The notes under the pieces are model-generated. The model saw only the letters and a list, made by a program, of their open reading frames with translations. It was not told where the DNA came from and ran no database searches. A DNA stretch of 52,245 bases from Catajapyx aquilonaris (lineage: Eukaryota), in NCBI GenBank assembly GCA_000934665.2, contig JYFJ02002705.1, positions 1 to 52,245 of the forward strand. Reading direction: 5' to 3'. The position numbers were made by a program, and so were the translations under genes. This document shows positions 31,996-52,049 of this stretch, piece by piece. Position 1 is the stretch's first letter, and every line of letters begins with the position of its first letter.

Positions 31996-34546
31996 TGAAG
32001 GGAAGAGAAAAAACAAACGAGAGCTCTTTTTTGTGATGTTGTATTTTCACACTCTTGTGCTTTCCTCTTCAATTTATTAAAGAATACTACTGCATGGTAA
32101 GGATGTCATGATCCTCTTGCACCACCTAATTCCATCCCAATTCCTGAAACTGACAGTTCATTTCAGAAATACTCCAGTCACAATGCTTTTCAAATTTTAT
32201 TTATTTTCATACATGAAACAAGTCAGTCACATCAGGTGCCATGCAATGGCAACTGTAAATTCCACTACCAATGTTCATGACCTTCGAATCTGCCTTGTTA
32301 GTGTTCATTCATATAGGCTTCATTTCAGATTGAATGAATGAATTCAGACTTTTTTCCCCAATAGTCTTCACCTTGGGTAAGTGCTTCGTGCTGATTGTTG
32401 TATAATGCCAGGATACATTGGCTGAAACTTTTTTTTTTCATACATACAGTACCTTCTTAAGCAAAAGGTAAGTGCACAGTAACAAATTGATCTGTACAAT
32501 GGTTTCCACCGGCAATTAAACAAGCAAATAACCTTCCACATTTTTAAAAATCATAATTGGGTACCCCATGATAGATCTACTGAGGCCTTTTAGGGGATCT
32601 TGTAAACACATATCTGCATTCTGCACATTTCTGCACTGTGATTGTGGGAGGAAATTTCCAGATCTGATCGAGATAGCCTTAGTTGCTTGGGCTCCCATCT
32701 AAGAGTTTGATGCCCGATTGCACCAACAAAATGACTGATTCAATAGCTCCTAACAGATCGTTAGCACACGTTAAAAGGGCTCCTAACAATCCATTAGGAG
32801 CTATCGGATCGGTAATTTCCGTTGGTACAATAGGGCATGAGACATGTGTGTTTCCTGTTGTTCCATTGTATTGGTGGCTGGGTGTTGCATCACCTGGTCA
32901 TTGCTGGCTACCCCTTACAGGACAATGCAGTGAAGATTGTGTATGTGTCCAAAAACCTTTTCTCTTATGGTGTTGTACACAATTACGATTTGCTACACAT
33001 TCCCTTCATGACCGTTGCGCATCATAGCCAATGTTGCGGTTGCACCATTAAAAGTCCAATAAACCAACCATTCATGATACCTCATGGCTTGATCATGACT
33101 ACTATTATTCCGTGGACTCAATAAGAGCTCTTGCAGGCCACACCTTCTCCCTATAAACCAACAACAACAAAACAACAACCATGTTCCTTATGCACAAGAT
33201 ATACCTCAGCCATGGTAGTCTGAACAAAACACATTACCATGAGCTTCTCTACCCATAAATAAAGTCAAGGCAGGATGTCATCACCACAGCACCTACATCA
33301 GTACTGCACATAATTAGGTGGCACAAACCACCTCTGAATTAGAATTACTTGAATTCACATGGATAAATAGCACAAAATTGTTGGCAAAAAGCGCAGGTAA
33401 GTACAACTTACCATCTAAGTGGAACTTTACCACTGACTTGTCAGACAACTGATTTTCATTGGCACCACTGACCAGCACAAATATATTAAATCATATTATG
33501 TAATTCTATAGATAAGATACCGGTACAGCATTGCAGCAACATAGCTGGTGAAGTTTTGAAATCCTTCACCATTGTCAAGTTTAACCTAATGGCCCACATG
33601 CATACCCAAGTTGGCATTCCTGGCTTGGAATGAGAAGTCCGTTGGTGACATTTGATGTTCCAGATTTACAATTACTGGGTTGAAATAATCACTCGGAAAT
33701 ACAGTAACTTCTTCAAAGTTATTCGGCTGAAACCAATAAATAATTAAGAAATAAACTAATTGGGGTCATTTCAAGTCAGAGTAAAGATGTACAAAAAAAT
33801 ATGGGCTGATCATCTCAGATTGATTCAAAAGAAGTTATGCAAGGATGTGCACAAGTAATTGGAGTGTTTCCTTTATACATTTTTCACCAAGATGCTCAAT
33901 TTTAAGTGGGCAACTGGAATTCAATCAATCCTACTTTTTTGTAAAAATCCCTAGTCTCATCGCACGGTGCATTATCAATGAGAATATGTCAGACATGGCA
34001 TGTCTTTGTAAGATACAGTACATCGAGTCAGCCATACACTTATAAACTTGTACTGGGAATTCCACACCTTCCAGATTTTACAAAATTTTTGTCAACAAAA
34101 TCTGAGATGCTCTAGCCGCCATCTTTCTCTCACAAATTGGAAATGACATCACATGCAATACAAATATATTATACCTCATGTAAATAAAGTTCTCTTCCCT
34201 TGCCTTCCTTCCTACATCTCAGACTGTTAATTTACTAAGTACAGATATAGGTAACCTGGTCACAGATATCTTGATACAAAGAAAAACTCATGAAACGTGT
34301 TTTAGCCCATTATACCTACTTAAAAAAAAAAAAATCCCACATGCATGCATTATAAAATAAACACTCTTAAGATCACTCGCGTGATGAGAGGCTTAAGAAA
34401 CATAGGAATCGAATTAAAAAATAAAAACTAAGAAAAAACATAAACAACTTTCCAACTCGCCACCCTCCACTTCCCAACAAGTTAACCCATTCACAAGTGG
34501 TGATGCAGGCAACTTCCCCGCTGATCTTGAATGGAGTAGTAGTGCC

Positions 34547-41770
<7,224 letters not shown>

Positions 41771-41992
41771 TTCCTGCACATTTGGATTAAAAGATAATAC
41801 AATGACTACAATTAGACATTTTCAGTCACAAACCCACAACTCACCACTTCTCTGTATATTGTAAAGAGCTCAGGATTGGGAGCATCCAGGGTTTATGTCA
41901 AGGTGACACAACTTTTACAGGCACACACACATTCCACAGACACAGGTATGCATGGATTGTACAAAGCACTTGAATGTATCAGACAGCAGTAG

Positions 41993-42190
41993 TTGCTTTG
42001 GCTCCTCTTATAGCCAGATAGCCTTAGTTACTTTGGCTCCTGTTAATGCCAGATAGCCTTCGTTACTTTGGCTCCTGTTATAGCCAGATAGCCTTCGTTA
42101 CTTTGGCTCCTCTGATAGCCAGATAGCCTTCGTTACTTGAATCCTTCCCACTCTAATAGCCAGATAGCCTTAGTGCTTTGGCTCCTTCCA
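41993..42190. repeat. 35-bp minisatellite (CTTTGGCTCCTGTTATAGCCAGATAGCCTTCGTTA, about 5-6 copies)
   Basis: Head-to-tail units without spacers, decaying toward 42320. Confidence 0.9.
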
Positions 42191-43419
42191 ACTAAAACTT
42201 AGCAATATGTTGTATCACCACCTTCCCACTCAAACTAAGCCACCTTAGTAGTTGGCTTCACTCCTTCCCATTCGAACTCAGATGCCTGATATTCTTAGTC
42301 GCTCTGGCTCTTTCCCACTCGATATCGGTTTTCGGGTAGCAATGGATTTACGTTAATGTGGCAATGATTCGATGTCTACCCCGATTTCCCATCTGATAAG
42401 TTGATGCCAGATATCGTGCTCTAGCCAAAAAGTGTTCCACAGCAGCATTGATTAATATTCTCACTAGACTTCAACTAGGTTAAATTTTTAAGTCCTTATC
42501 GCACCACCAGACCGAAACACTGGCCAATTATTCAGCAATGAATGAGAGTTCTGCCATCCGAGTGCCGGACAAGAGGGTGAGTCGGGTGAGCGGTGAGTAC
42601 TTGCAATTGGGCAAAAATCACGTCACAGTGAAACACCAAATCGGACTGAGCAACCTGCGATTCACCAATTCACACACAATATTTTTTATATTTACGTATA
42701 AATACTGAAATTTTGCAACGAAAGCTACATAGACGATTCAAGGTCTTTTTCTATCTTGTTTACGTAAACCAAATGTTAGCAACTACCCATTTAAGAGAAC
42801 ACACGCGATTTAAAAGCGCAGGTTATATTAAAGAGCAATCGCAGTTAAAGCAGTGATCGGTAAACAGCGCTTAGTTCAATCGCTTGTTAGGACAAGGTCG
42901 ATGTGGAAGCCGGGCACAAGAGGCCGCTTTACTTCCTACCACATATAACCAGATGTCACCCAACATTGCTTAGGAATGCGCTGATACATTGATGCGATTA
43001 AAATATCAACACACTTCAGCATGTAGAATCAGCATGTGCTGACACCATTCATATAGGAAGAATGTGCATGGACATATGCTGCATAGATTTCCTAAGCGAC
43101 AGCACATTACATTGCGGTTCGTTGAGTGGTTAGCATCGCATATATTTATCGATATAGACAGTTGGAACACCGCGCTGTCGCCGCCCTGACGCCCTCTATG
43201 CTGCACCTGACCTAATTTGGGGAAGCGCAAAATGGCAGGACGGATGTTTTCAGAAACTGTTTGAACGAGGGACGTTCGAAAAATGGTATACACTTATGCA
43301 AAAGAGAAATGGCAGCAAGTATAGCTGTACTCGTACAGTACTATACTGATCAAAAAGATGAAGGCGATTTTGCAATTGGCGTCAATGCAAAATTGTATTC
43401 ATCTTTTTGTGCGGTAGGC

Positions 43420-43665
43420 CTATACACTGTTGGCCCCACATTGGCCCAGTGTGGGAAAGCGGGCTGGCTATGGGGCCCATGAGTAGCCCACGTTGCCCAA
43501 AGCGGGCCCTCATGGGCTGCCCACATGAAGCCCATGTGTTCTAGGGAGATGGACAGACAGGCCCATATGGGCCCATATGGGCTCCACATGAAGCACATGT
43601 GTGTTCTAGGGAGACGGGCGTGCCCATGTGGGCCCGGATGGGCGTGCACATGTGGGCCCGCGGAG
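43420..43665. repeat. GGGCCC/CCCACATG-rich degenerate repeat, probable DNA-transposon subterminal region
   Basis: Multiple GGGCCCAT.TGGG motifs and a duplicated ATGTGTTCTAGGGAGA unit; no clear termini. Confidence 0.5.
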
Positions 43666-43810
43666 GCGCTGCGCACCACACTAGTACTTCATCATCCTCA
43701 GGAGTTGTTCCGATCTTTGCGCATAAATCAGAACACCCGCTATTATTTTTTTTCCTATTAATGTAGTTGAAACCGGTGGAAATTTACCAATTAGTTGATT
43801 GACATTAGTA

Positions 43811-44028
43811 CACTGTAAACCGCAAAACATAAAAGAACATCACTGGTGACGACGAGTCTCTCAATGGAACGTCAATTTTTAATGGTCTTCTAATGCTCGT
43901 CTATAATGCTCTTGTGATGCTTTTAGCAACAAAAAAGCATCACAGGAGCATAACAAGAGCATTAGAAGAGCATTAAAAATTGATGTTCCATCAGAGACTC
44001 ACCAAGTGATGCTTGACGGTTTACAGTG
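43811..44028. mobile_element. CACTA/EnSpm-like MITE (CACTG termini, 2-bp TA duplication)
   Basis: TA|CACTGTAAACCG...CGGTTTACAGTG|TA; internally palindromic. Confidence 0.75.
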
Positions 44029-44514
44029 TAGCGATCTGCTTTGCAACAGCCTAGTTCCGCCCCTGTACCCATATATCTTACCTTTCCGAAATGGTCAGCA
44101 GTACGGAACCTTTTGGCATGTCGATGTTGTACATATGCTTCTTGTTTCCGGACAGCATTTCCAGACATAATAACAAACTCGCCACCGAACCAAATGTTGA
44201 CCGAACTCAGCGGTTCCTCCAGCAGCAATAGAGATCCAGCAGTCTAGCAGCTGTGGTCTAGCTACATAATATAGCAGTTATCAGTAGCAGCTTTTGTGCA
44301 TATCACGGCTACGTGATTTTAAGCTATTGATGCCCGTTGCCCGGCGACGCCTCCCTCCTCCGTCCTCCCCGTCGAAGTCGAACGTTGTGGATCTGTGTTG
44401 CTGGCGACACGGATACCACGACCACGGTGTTTGCAGGCCGTTCTTACTGCCCAGGAACGGACCAATACAACTCCCCGGTGGATCATAGATATTGAGTAAA
44501 CCTTCTAGTCAAAT

Positions 44515-47500
44515 ATGAGTCTTTCAAAGGACAGGGAGAGGAGGAACAATGCGGGGAACCGTATGGGTCGCCTGATTGAGCAGGAGGATGATGATGACTT
44601 CTACAAGACGAAGTATGGCGGGTTTGATGAGGCCGAAGAGGATATGGACTATAAGTAGGTATCACTTTTTGGGTAAGAGTTTGGAAAAGTGTTATATGGA
44701 AGAAATATCTACATGTGTGTTAGGGAGGTAGCTACTGTGCTGTGATTGAGCCTAGAAGGTGGTGGGAATTTGGTAAATGTGCAGATTAACTGCCCAATGA
44801 GTGTCGAAAATTTGTGTTTTATATGACAAACACTTCAGATTATTAGTGGTCAATGATTTTTTCTTGGGGAGAAATTTACCAACCAGAAATGGTATTTGAA
44901 GCCAGCTTTGAGATAACTGTACCATTCCGGTGTTCTGGGGCTACGGGATTCAGAAACCAAAACACTCACTGGGTCCTGGAGCTATTTGTGTTGGTGGTGG
45001 CATTGGAGTGACCGCATGATTACTCTCCGGCTTATGGCTCTGCCAGGCTGAATCTGTCGCATTGCCTGATGCAGCCCCCCGCAACTAGCTCTCTTTTCCT
45101 GTGCGCTTCGCTGGTCCGCTAACCCCGGATGTAGAGTGTGAATACCCGGATGTAGAGCCCTGTATCAAATCGCATTCTAGCGGACGTCTCTGAACCGTTC
45201 TGAGCCTACCTACATTGTCAACTCCCCAATCAGCTCCTGTTTGGAGATCCAACCATCAGCCACCAATTGCAACGGTCGAAATGCATTCGAGTGGCTGATG
45301 GTTGGATCTGCAAACAGGAGCTGATTGGGAGTTGACAATATAGGTAGGTTCAGAACAGTTCAGAGACATCCCCCCTGAATGCGATTTGATTCAGGGCTCT
45401 ACATCCGGGTATTCAGACTCTACATCTGGGGGTAGCGGACCAGCTAAGTGCATGGCCTTCCCCATATGGCTAGATAGGAAGTTGCGGGGGTGCTGGCCTG
45501 ATGATTTTGCATGTAAGCTATAGCAAGCTGGGTGCTTATTGTGGGTGTGACTCTCTGCACCATTACTGGCCATCTTGTGCTCCACAGGCTGATGACTGTT
45601 ATTGTAGCATTAGTTTTGCCAATTAGTAAGATACAGGTTGGCAAAACCTTAACATTTCTTGCCCTGTGGCACACATGACAGACAGGTTGCTGATACAAAC
45701 CCACAATAAGGGCCTAGCTCGCTACACTTGCATCTAATTTAAATCATTGGGCAAGATGACATGACATGTCTGGAAGGGCCACATGATAGATAGTAGCAAT
45801 AATAATAATAATTATTATTATAATTATTATAATTGTGGGGGCAGTGGTACCCTCAGGGTATCTGCACAGACCTTTATTTATTCTTTTTAGTACAAATTGT
45901 ACATCGGAACCTTGAACGAAGCGCCCGCGCCCAAGGGCAAGATGACAGGAGGGGATGTGCAAAGTGCAGTGCAATGTCTTATCCGTGGTCGTTTTGTGAA
46001 TTCCCCGGGTGGTTAGTCTAAGGAGCCATCCAAGACAAAGCCAGAGACGGCCGGTCAACTCTGCATGAGATGAATGGGGCTGGGATCGAACCCGGGACCT
46101 TAATATCCATGGGAGCATACGTTACCGCAGCACCACTCCGCCTCCCTTCACATGATAGATAATAATGGCATGGTCACCCCAAAGCCACACAGTTCCACCA
46201 ACACAAATGGCGCCAGGATCCAAGGTCCTGGCACAAGGGTTGTGGTTTCCTAATCCCACTGGGGCGTCTAGAACAGTGGTCTCTAAACCATCTTGAAAAA
46301 CTACTTTTGGTTCATTTTTTCATCTGGGTTAATGTTACTAGCAAGCGATATTCTGACACATGCAACTTGTCAAACTGTCAAACTGACAAGGGAAGTGTAA
46401 GTGTTGTCAGTGGAGTTTCTGAATGCAACCTGGCGCAATAATATAGGCAGGTAAGTTATTAAAGAAAATGCAAACAGTTTAGGCGGATGCCCACAAGGTC
46501 AAAAGTTATGACCTCTTGAACTCACAAGGGACACTTTCCAAGGTCTCGCCGATTTTCTTGAAATTCGGTACATTGGTAGGCCACCCCAAGGGATGAAAAA
46601 CGTACCTAACGTGACCTGTTCAAAATGACCTGGTGACCCCTTTTTGGGGGGCTGAGGTCAAGTCTTAAATGCCGAAAACTCACCCATTTTTTTGAAATTC
46701 AGTGCATTGATAGCCCCCAAAAGGGGGTAACCGGGTCATTTTGAGCAGGTCACTTTAGGTGCGTTTTTCATTCCTTGGGGTGGCCTACCAATGTACCGAA
46801 TTTCAAGAAAATCGGTGAGACCTTGGAAAGTGTCCCTTGTGAGTTCGAGAGGTCATAACTTTTGACCTTGTGGGCATCCGCCTGAATTGTTTGCATTTTC
46901 TTTAATAACTTACTTGCCTATATTATTGTGCCAAGTTGCATTCAGAAACTCCACTGACAACACTTACAGTTCCCTTGTGAGATACATGATGTCTATTATG
47001 TTGATTTGAGCTACCCAACTAATTTGTGATTCGAGTTCCCCTCTCAATGAAGGTCCGGAGGCTCCAGGAAGCTTTTTAGCACCTCTAGCTCAGGCCCCCC
47101 TAAGAGAATCCATATCTTGAAGGCCTGTTGCCAACACAATTTTTTTACGCTGTGACAGCTCCTCCTCGACAGCTTGAGAGGGGACTTTACTGTAGTTCCT
47201 GCTGTTCAGTGCTTTGAACTCCAGAAGATTTACTAAAAGAAAATGCCATGTGCATCAGAGGCACATGTGCTTGAATTTTCTTCTAAGTTATGATGTGGAC
47301 TTGGAAGTTGTCTGGCCAAAATGGTTTGTGTCTGGATCCGGACATTTGAGTAGTCCTGATGTAGAATGTAAACAGGCTGACATACACAAAACATAACCTA
47401 GCCTCATGAAACATATGGCGTGTTGTGAATATTGAGTTATTTATGCTACACAATTTAAATGTATCAATACAGATTAACTGTCATCATATCCAACCATTGC

Positions 47501-50500
47501 ACCTCGAAAAATGACTGAGTTTTGGAAATGGCCAGGAAACTGGCTGAGATAAGTCCACCTAAATATCCACTTCCACCAAATCGTTTCTACCAGAATATAG
47601 CTGCCAGTACAGCTCTTGGGGTCATTGGGGAGTGCAAATCCCACCACAACGACAACATGGCGATACCATTAGTGGGGTCCCTGATAATGTAATTCTACCT
47701 TCTCTTGGGCTCAGTACTTCAGGCACATTAGCCTTTTCTTTAACGTATATGCAGATTGTCAGTCTTGTTTGTGGTAGGACCCTTTTCTGAACATATACCC
47801 ACTTTTCGAAATAAAAGTATAGCATATGTTGACTATTGTGGGTTGATTGCAGGTCAGAGGAAGAGCAGGATGATGTGATAGACTCAGATTTTGATATTGA
47901 TGAGAATGATGAGCCTGTTTCAAATGATGAGGGAGATGAACCAAAGAGGGCTCGGAAGCAGTTACAGTATAAGGCAACATTTCTGGAACCAAAGCCCAAG
48001 CCTGAGAAGAAGGCTGCAGCTACTCAACCTGTTCCTGTTGCAACCACTGCCGTTGTTGGTGAGTAGGACTGTATATATTCTGTCAGGCAGCTAATGCTGT
48101 CTTAAAAGGCAGTGTTCAGTATTTTGGCAAGTTGGGCCTTTGGGGGGGGGGGGGGGGGTCAATTCTGAATGTTTTCAGTTTCAGTAGCAAATGTAACATA
48201 AGCACAAAATTTTCAGTCAGAGGTGATTTTGTTTTTGGGTGACAGTTGTACTCTAGTACACATACTGCTGCTGGCAGAGAAACAGGCAGATTTGGCAGCA
48301 CCCAGAAACGAGCTTGATGTGGCATGAACTGTTACGCACTTGGTATGGTGTCCATTTAGGGTGAAAACTCAATGATTATAATGGTGTCAATCTCTTTTCT
48401 GGGCACTGCCTAAACTTTTTGGTTCCTGGAAACCATGGCAGGTTTGTGGGCTATGCAGTGCTACTGCAGCTTGCAGGCCTGGTTATGAGTTACACTTGGC
48501 GGCATTTACTTAGGCACCAGTGGATACTAAAACTAGCCACATTAGGAATCAATGAATTTTTCTGATTTTTTGTTATTGACATTATATCACCAGCTGCTAT
48601 AATTGACCCCACCTGGGAATAAATGGTCACCTCAATCAGGATGCAAAAAAAAAGCTGCACAAAAATAACTGCTTCTGGCAAAATTTGTGACAACCAGAAT
48701 TATTACTGGAATACTTGAACACACTGTATACCTGACATATGCTTCTACTATCAGTTTATTTAATACATAGAGCCCTGTGTTTGACTCTAAACAACTCTCA
48801 GGCACATTATCCAAAAAAATAAAGTTATATATCGTTCGAAAGCTTGTTTAAATCCACATTACATACATGCGAGTTGTATTCTTATCTTCGGTCTCTAATT
48901 TTTTATCGTAAAAAGAAGGCGGAAAAGTGTCATTTTTTGACACTTTCAGGAGGCCAAAAGAATCCCCCTGTGAACCTCGGATAGTGCACATCTTTGTCTA
49001 TCTAATGTTATATTTGAAACATTGAGATCGCCATTTCAGTAATCATAATTAAGTTCATTGCACACACCTGTTATCTCGGTTGTTTATAATACGAATTGTT
49101 TCACGAATGTATCGACGGCAAGCCAGAAATGTGCCTGATAAGATTACATTGTGCTCTATTACACTAAAAATTTTAAAAGTATTTAAAAGTATCGCTGTTT
49201 ATTCCCGCCAGAAAGCGGGCTGGGTCCTTTTCTATTAAACGTACTAAAACAATACGTGTAAAAATTTTAGTGCAATAGAGCACGAGGTAATCTTATCACC
49301 CACATTTCTGGCTTGCCATCGATACATTTGCGAAGTAATTCGGATTATAAACAGCCAAGATAACAGAGGTGTGCAATTAACTTAATTATGATTACAGAAA
49401 TGGCGATCTCAATGTTTCAAATATACCTTTAGATAGACAAAGATGTGCACTATCCAGGGTTCACAGGGGGATTTTTTTGGCCTCCTGAAAGTGTCATAAA
49501 AAATTCACTTTGCTGTGCAACGTCGGCAACTAGTCAAAAAATGACACTTTCCCGCCTTCTTTTTACGATAAAAAATTAGAGACTGACGATAGGAAAACAA
49601 CTCGCATATATGTAACGTGGATTTAAACAAGCTTTCGAACGATATACAGGGTGTAACAAGACCCAATGCATAAATTTTAAAGGTGGGTAGGGGACCCCAA
49701 AACAAACATTTTTGACCAATGAACCCACCCTCTAAAAAAATCAGCAAATTTACTGAAATTGCTAACTGGTTAGTACCTGTAGTAACAGTTATGGGGTTGC
49801 TGCTACTCAACAGGAGCGTTGTCATGGTATAGTGTTGACAATTTAGTACAGTACTGTAAAAAGTCATCACCACCACAAATCAATGAAAGCTGACATGAAA
49901 CTCACCACCACCTTTATTGCACCCAACACAAAACTGTAATCAAAGGAGCTGCTAAAAGTGTCCTCCAGCCACTTGGACGCAGCCTACAGCGACGCACAAG
50001 AGATTCCCGAGTTGATTGGAACAACACTGAATTGTTTATTTTCCAGACTTTTACTTGTTGTGTTGTACCAGACAATTACTTGTCGACACTACCATGACAA
50101 CGCTACCATAGAGTAGCAGCAAACCACATAACTGTTACCGTACCACAGGTACTAACAAGTTATCGATTTCAGTAAATTTGATGATTTTTTAGAGGGTGGG
50201 TGATTTTTTTAGAGGGTGGGTTCATTGGTCAAAAATGTTTGTTTTGGGGTCCCCTACCCACCTTTAAAATTTATGCATTGGGTCTTGTTACACCCTGTAT
50301 AACTTTTTTTAATTTGATAATTTGCCTGGGAGTTGTTTAGAGTCAAAACACATGGCTCTATATTAAATAAACGGATAGTAGGTGTATTGGTTGCATCCTG
50401 TTTTTCCATACACAGAACGCAAGTCATCAAGGAGAGCCACAGCCCAAAAGTCAGCAGAAACGCAGCGTAGGCTGAAGGAGAGAGCACGTTTGGCCACCAA

Positions 50501-50604
50501 GAAACACAGGAGTAATGGGAGTAGCAGTACTAGCATTCGACTAACACAGGAAGAACTTCTTGCAGAAGCCAAGATTACTGAGGAACTCAATCTTAAATCA
50601 TTAG
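44515..50604 (+). CDS. VPS72: VPS72/YL1 (H2A.Z chaperone of the SRCAP/Tip60 complexes); first three exons, gene continues beyond the right edge
   Basis: Exons 44515-44654, 47853-48058, 50416-50604 in phase: MSLSKDRERRNNAGNRMGRLIEQEDDDDFYKTKYGGFDEAEEDMDYKSEEEQDDVIDSDFDIDENDEPVS...RKSSRRAT...LTQEELLAEAKITEELNLKSL, the hallmark YL1 motifs. Confidence 0.96.
45110..45444. mobile_element. Palindromic MITE in VPS72 intron 1
   Basis: GCTGGTCCGCTA...TAGCGGACCAGC; arms about 150 bp; weaker symmetry extends further out. Confidence 0.8.
45793..46146 (-). mobile_element. tRNA-derived SINE, family A (tail type 2)
   Basis: Head homologous to the 25152 copy; (TAA/TTA)n tail; 13-bp TSD CACATGATAGATA at 45780-45792 and 46149-46161. 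Confidence 0.88.
46386..46981. mobile_element. Long palindromic MITE (arms about 265 bp), superfamily uncertain
   Basis: Arms about 46386-46653 and 46712-46978 are reverse complements with scattered mismatches. Confidence 0.85.
48745..50381. mobile_element. Large palindromic element whose right arm is split by a mariner-type insertion
   Basis: Left arm 48745 to about 49175 pairs with about 49258-49646 plus 50300-50381 (TAGAGCCCTGTGTTTGACTCTAAACAACTC / GAGTTGTTTAGAGTCAAAACACATGGCTCTA). Confidence 0.8.
49647..50297. mobile_element. Tc1/mariner-derived MITE with a transposase C-terminal relic
   Basis: TA|CAGGGTGTAACAAGACCCAATGC...GCATTGGGTCTTGTTACACCCTG|TA; minus strand about 49940-50010 reads RESLVRRCRL / VQVAGGHF*QLL*, resembling the GGHFEQLL end of Tc3/DUF4817-type transposases. 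Confidence 0.85.
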
Positions 50605-51238
50605 GTATGTATTCATGAAGACTGCACAATGAGTCACAAGAGACCCATTTTAGTTAATAATGTTTAAATCCTTAGCTGCCTGTTTTTAAGTCGTTATCTT
50701 GGAACAATTACTTTTTGAGGTTATCACATGCATTATGATGAACTAATATTAGGATGCTTGTCCAGGAAATGAAGACTTTCATTTAGAGGTGATGGGTAAA
50801 TTGGTAGAAAGCTGAAAACGTGTAGATGTGTGAAGACACCTACGAGGGGTGTTCATAAAGTTCGTACCATTGCGTCGAAGGAAAAGAGATAAACAAATCA
50901 AATTGCACACATGTATTAGCCCTTTTCTCTATTTTCCCATTTATGACCAATATTTTGAAAAATTCACAACTTTTGATCTAACCAAGATATTGACCTGAAA
51001 TTTTGAGGATATCTCTCTTTTAACATGTGCAACAAGTGTACAAAATTTGATCAAAATCTGAGATGGTCGGGTGTCATGGTCTGGATGATCTGACATGGAA
51101 TGACCCGTTATGGAGAACTTCGAGTTATGGAAATTCGAGTTAGGGAAGTTTATTTCCTATTATTTTAGATTGTGGACAACCAAGCTGATAATTTTATTCA
51201 ACTTACAGAGAACTTTGACTTAGGGAAGTTCGACTTAA

Positions 51239-51902
51239 GGTGCGTTCACATATACGCGTCTAAACACTTGCGAGCAATTTTCAGGTTTTGCTTTTTCACG
51301 TCTTTTACATCACGAATCGAGCGAATTTTTCGTACCCACTATGCGATAAAACTTACTAGTTAGTTATGGAGCATGCGCTGGGCAGCAGGGCAGGTAGGAG
51401 GGAGGACGGGGTCGGAGTCGGTGTGGCCAGGGGGAGGCCTTGGGCTGAGAAAGATGGCGGAGCCCTGTGCTGCTGCGGCAGTCGGCATGGCAGTGAAAAT
51501 GCTGCTGAACCGACCTCGGAAGGGCGTCCAGGTCACAGTGCACCAAGTGGGGCAAGAGCTGGACATGGTGCGGAGGCTGGCCGGCTCAATAGTTTGTGAC
51601 AAAAAAATAGGTAACTTCCGAGCTCGGGCATCCATATTCCTAACATGGCCGAGGAAGGCCGACAAATCTGCGTGGCGGTGCTAGGTGGCTCGAACCAGCT
51701 CCAAAATTCGCTCGCGTCAAAAATTCGCTTCTATCTGGCTTTGCCGGAGGAGCGCGATTTTTAGTTTAGTCGCGTGAGTGACCAAATTTTGCTCGCGTCT
51801 AGGAGAAAATCGCCGATACGTGAATGCCTTGGCCAGACGCGAATAAGCTGAGAGCTGAAATTCGCTCGCTTTTGAGCAAAATCGCGTATATGTGAACGCA
51901 CC
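51239..51902. mobile_element. PIF/Harbinger-like non-autonomous element inserted into a pogo/Tigger-like end
   Basis: GGTGCGTTCACATATACGCG...CGCGTATATGTGAACGCACC, 20-bp perfect TIR; flanked by TTCGAGTTA.GGA repeats (51107-51238) and GAAGTTTTACTG|TA (to 51920). Confidence 0.75.
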
Positions 51903-52049
51903 TTCATAGAAGTTTTACTGTATGTGCATTATCAGCAAGGGCCATGCACATACTTATACAGTACATGTGGCATGTAAAGTGTCATTACGATCAAAATGAA
52001 TGTTATACGTTATTTCAAAATTTCTGTAACTACACATTAGGGGCAGAAT

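Noticed and set aside
41993..42190. 35-bp repeats as a CRISPR array
   Set aside because: Units are contiguous with no unique spacers, there are no cas genes, and the context is eukaryotic.
51360..51684. GC-rich overlapping ORFs inside the Harbinger-like element
   Set aside because: No transposase or Myb/SANT motif that I can recognise; open frames are expected at this GC content.
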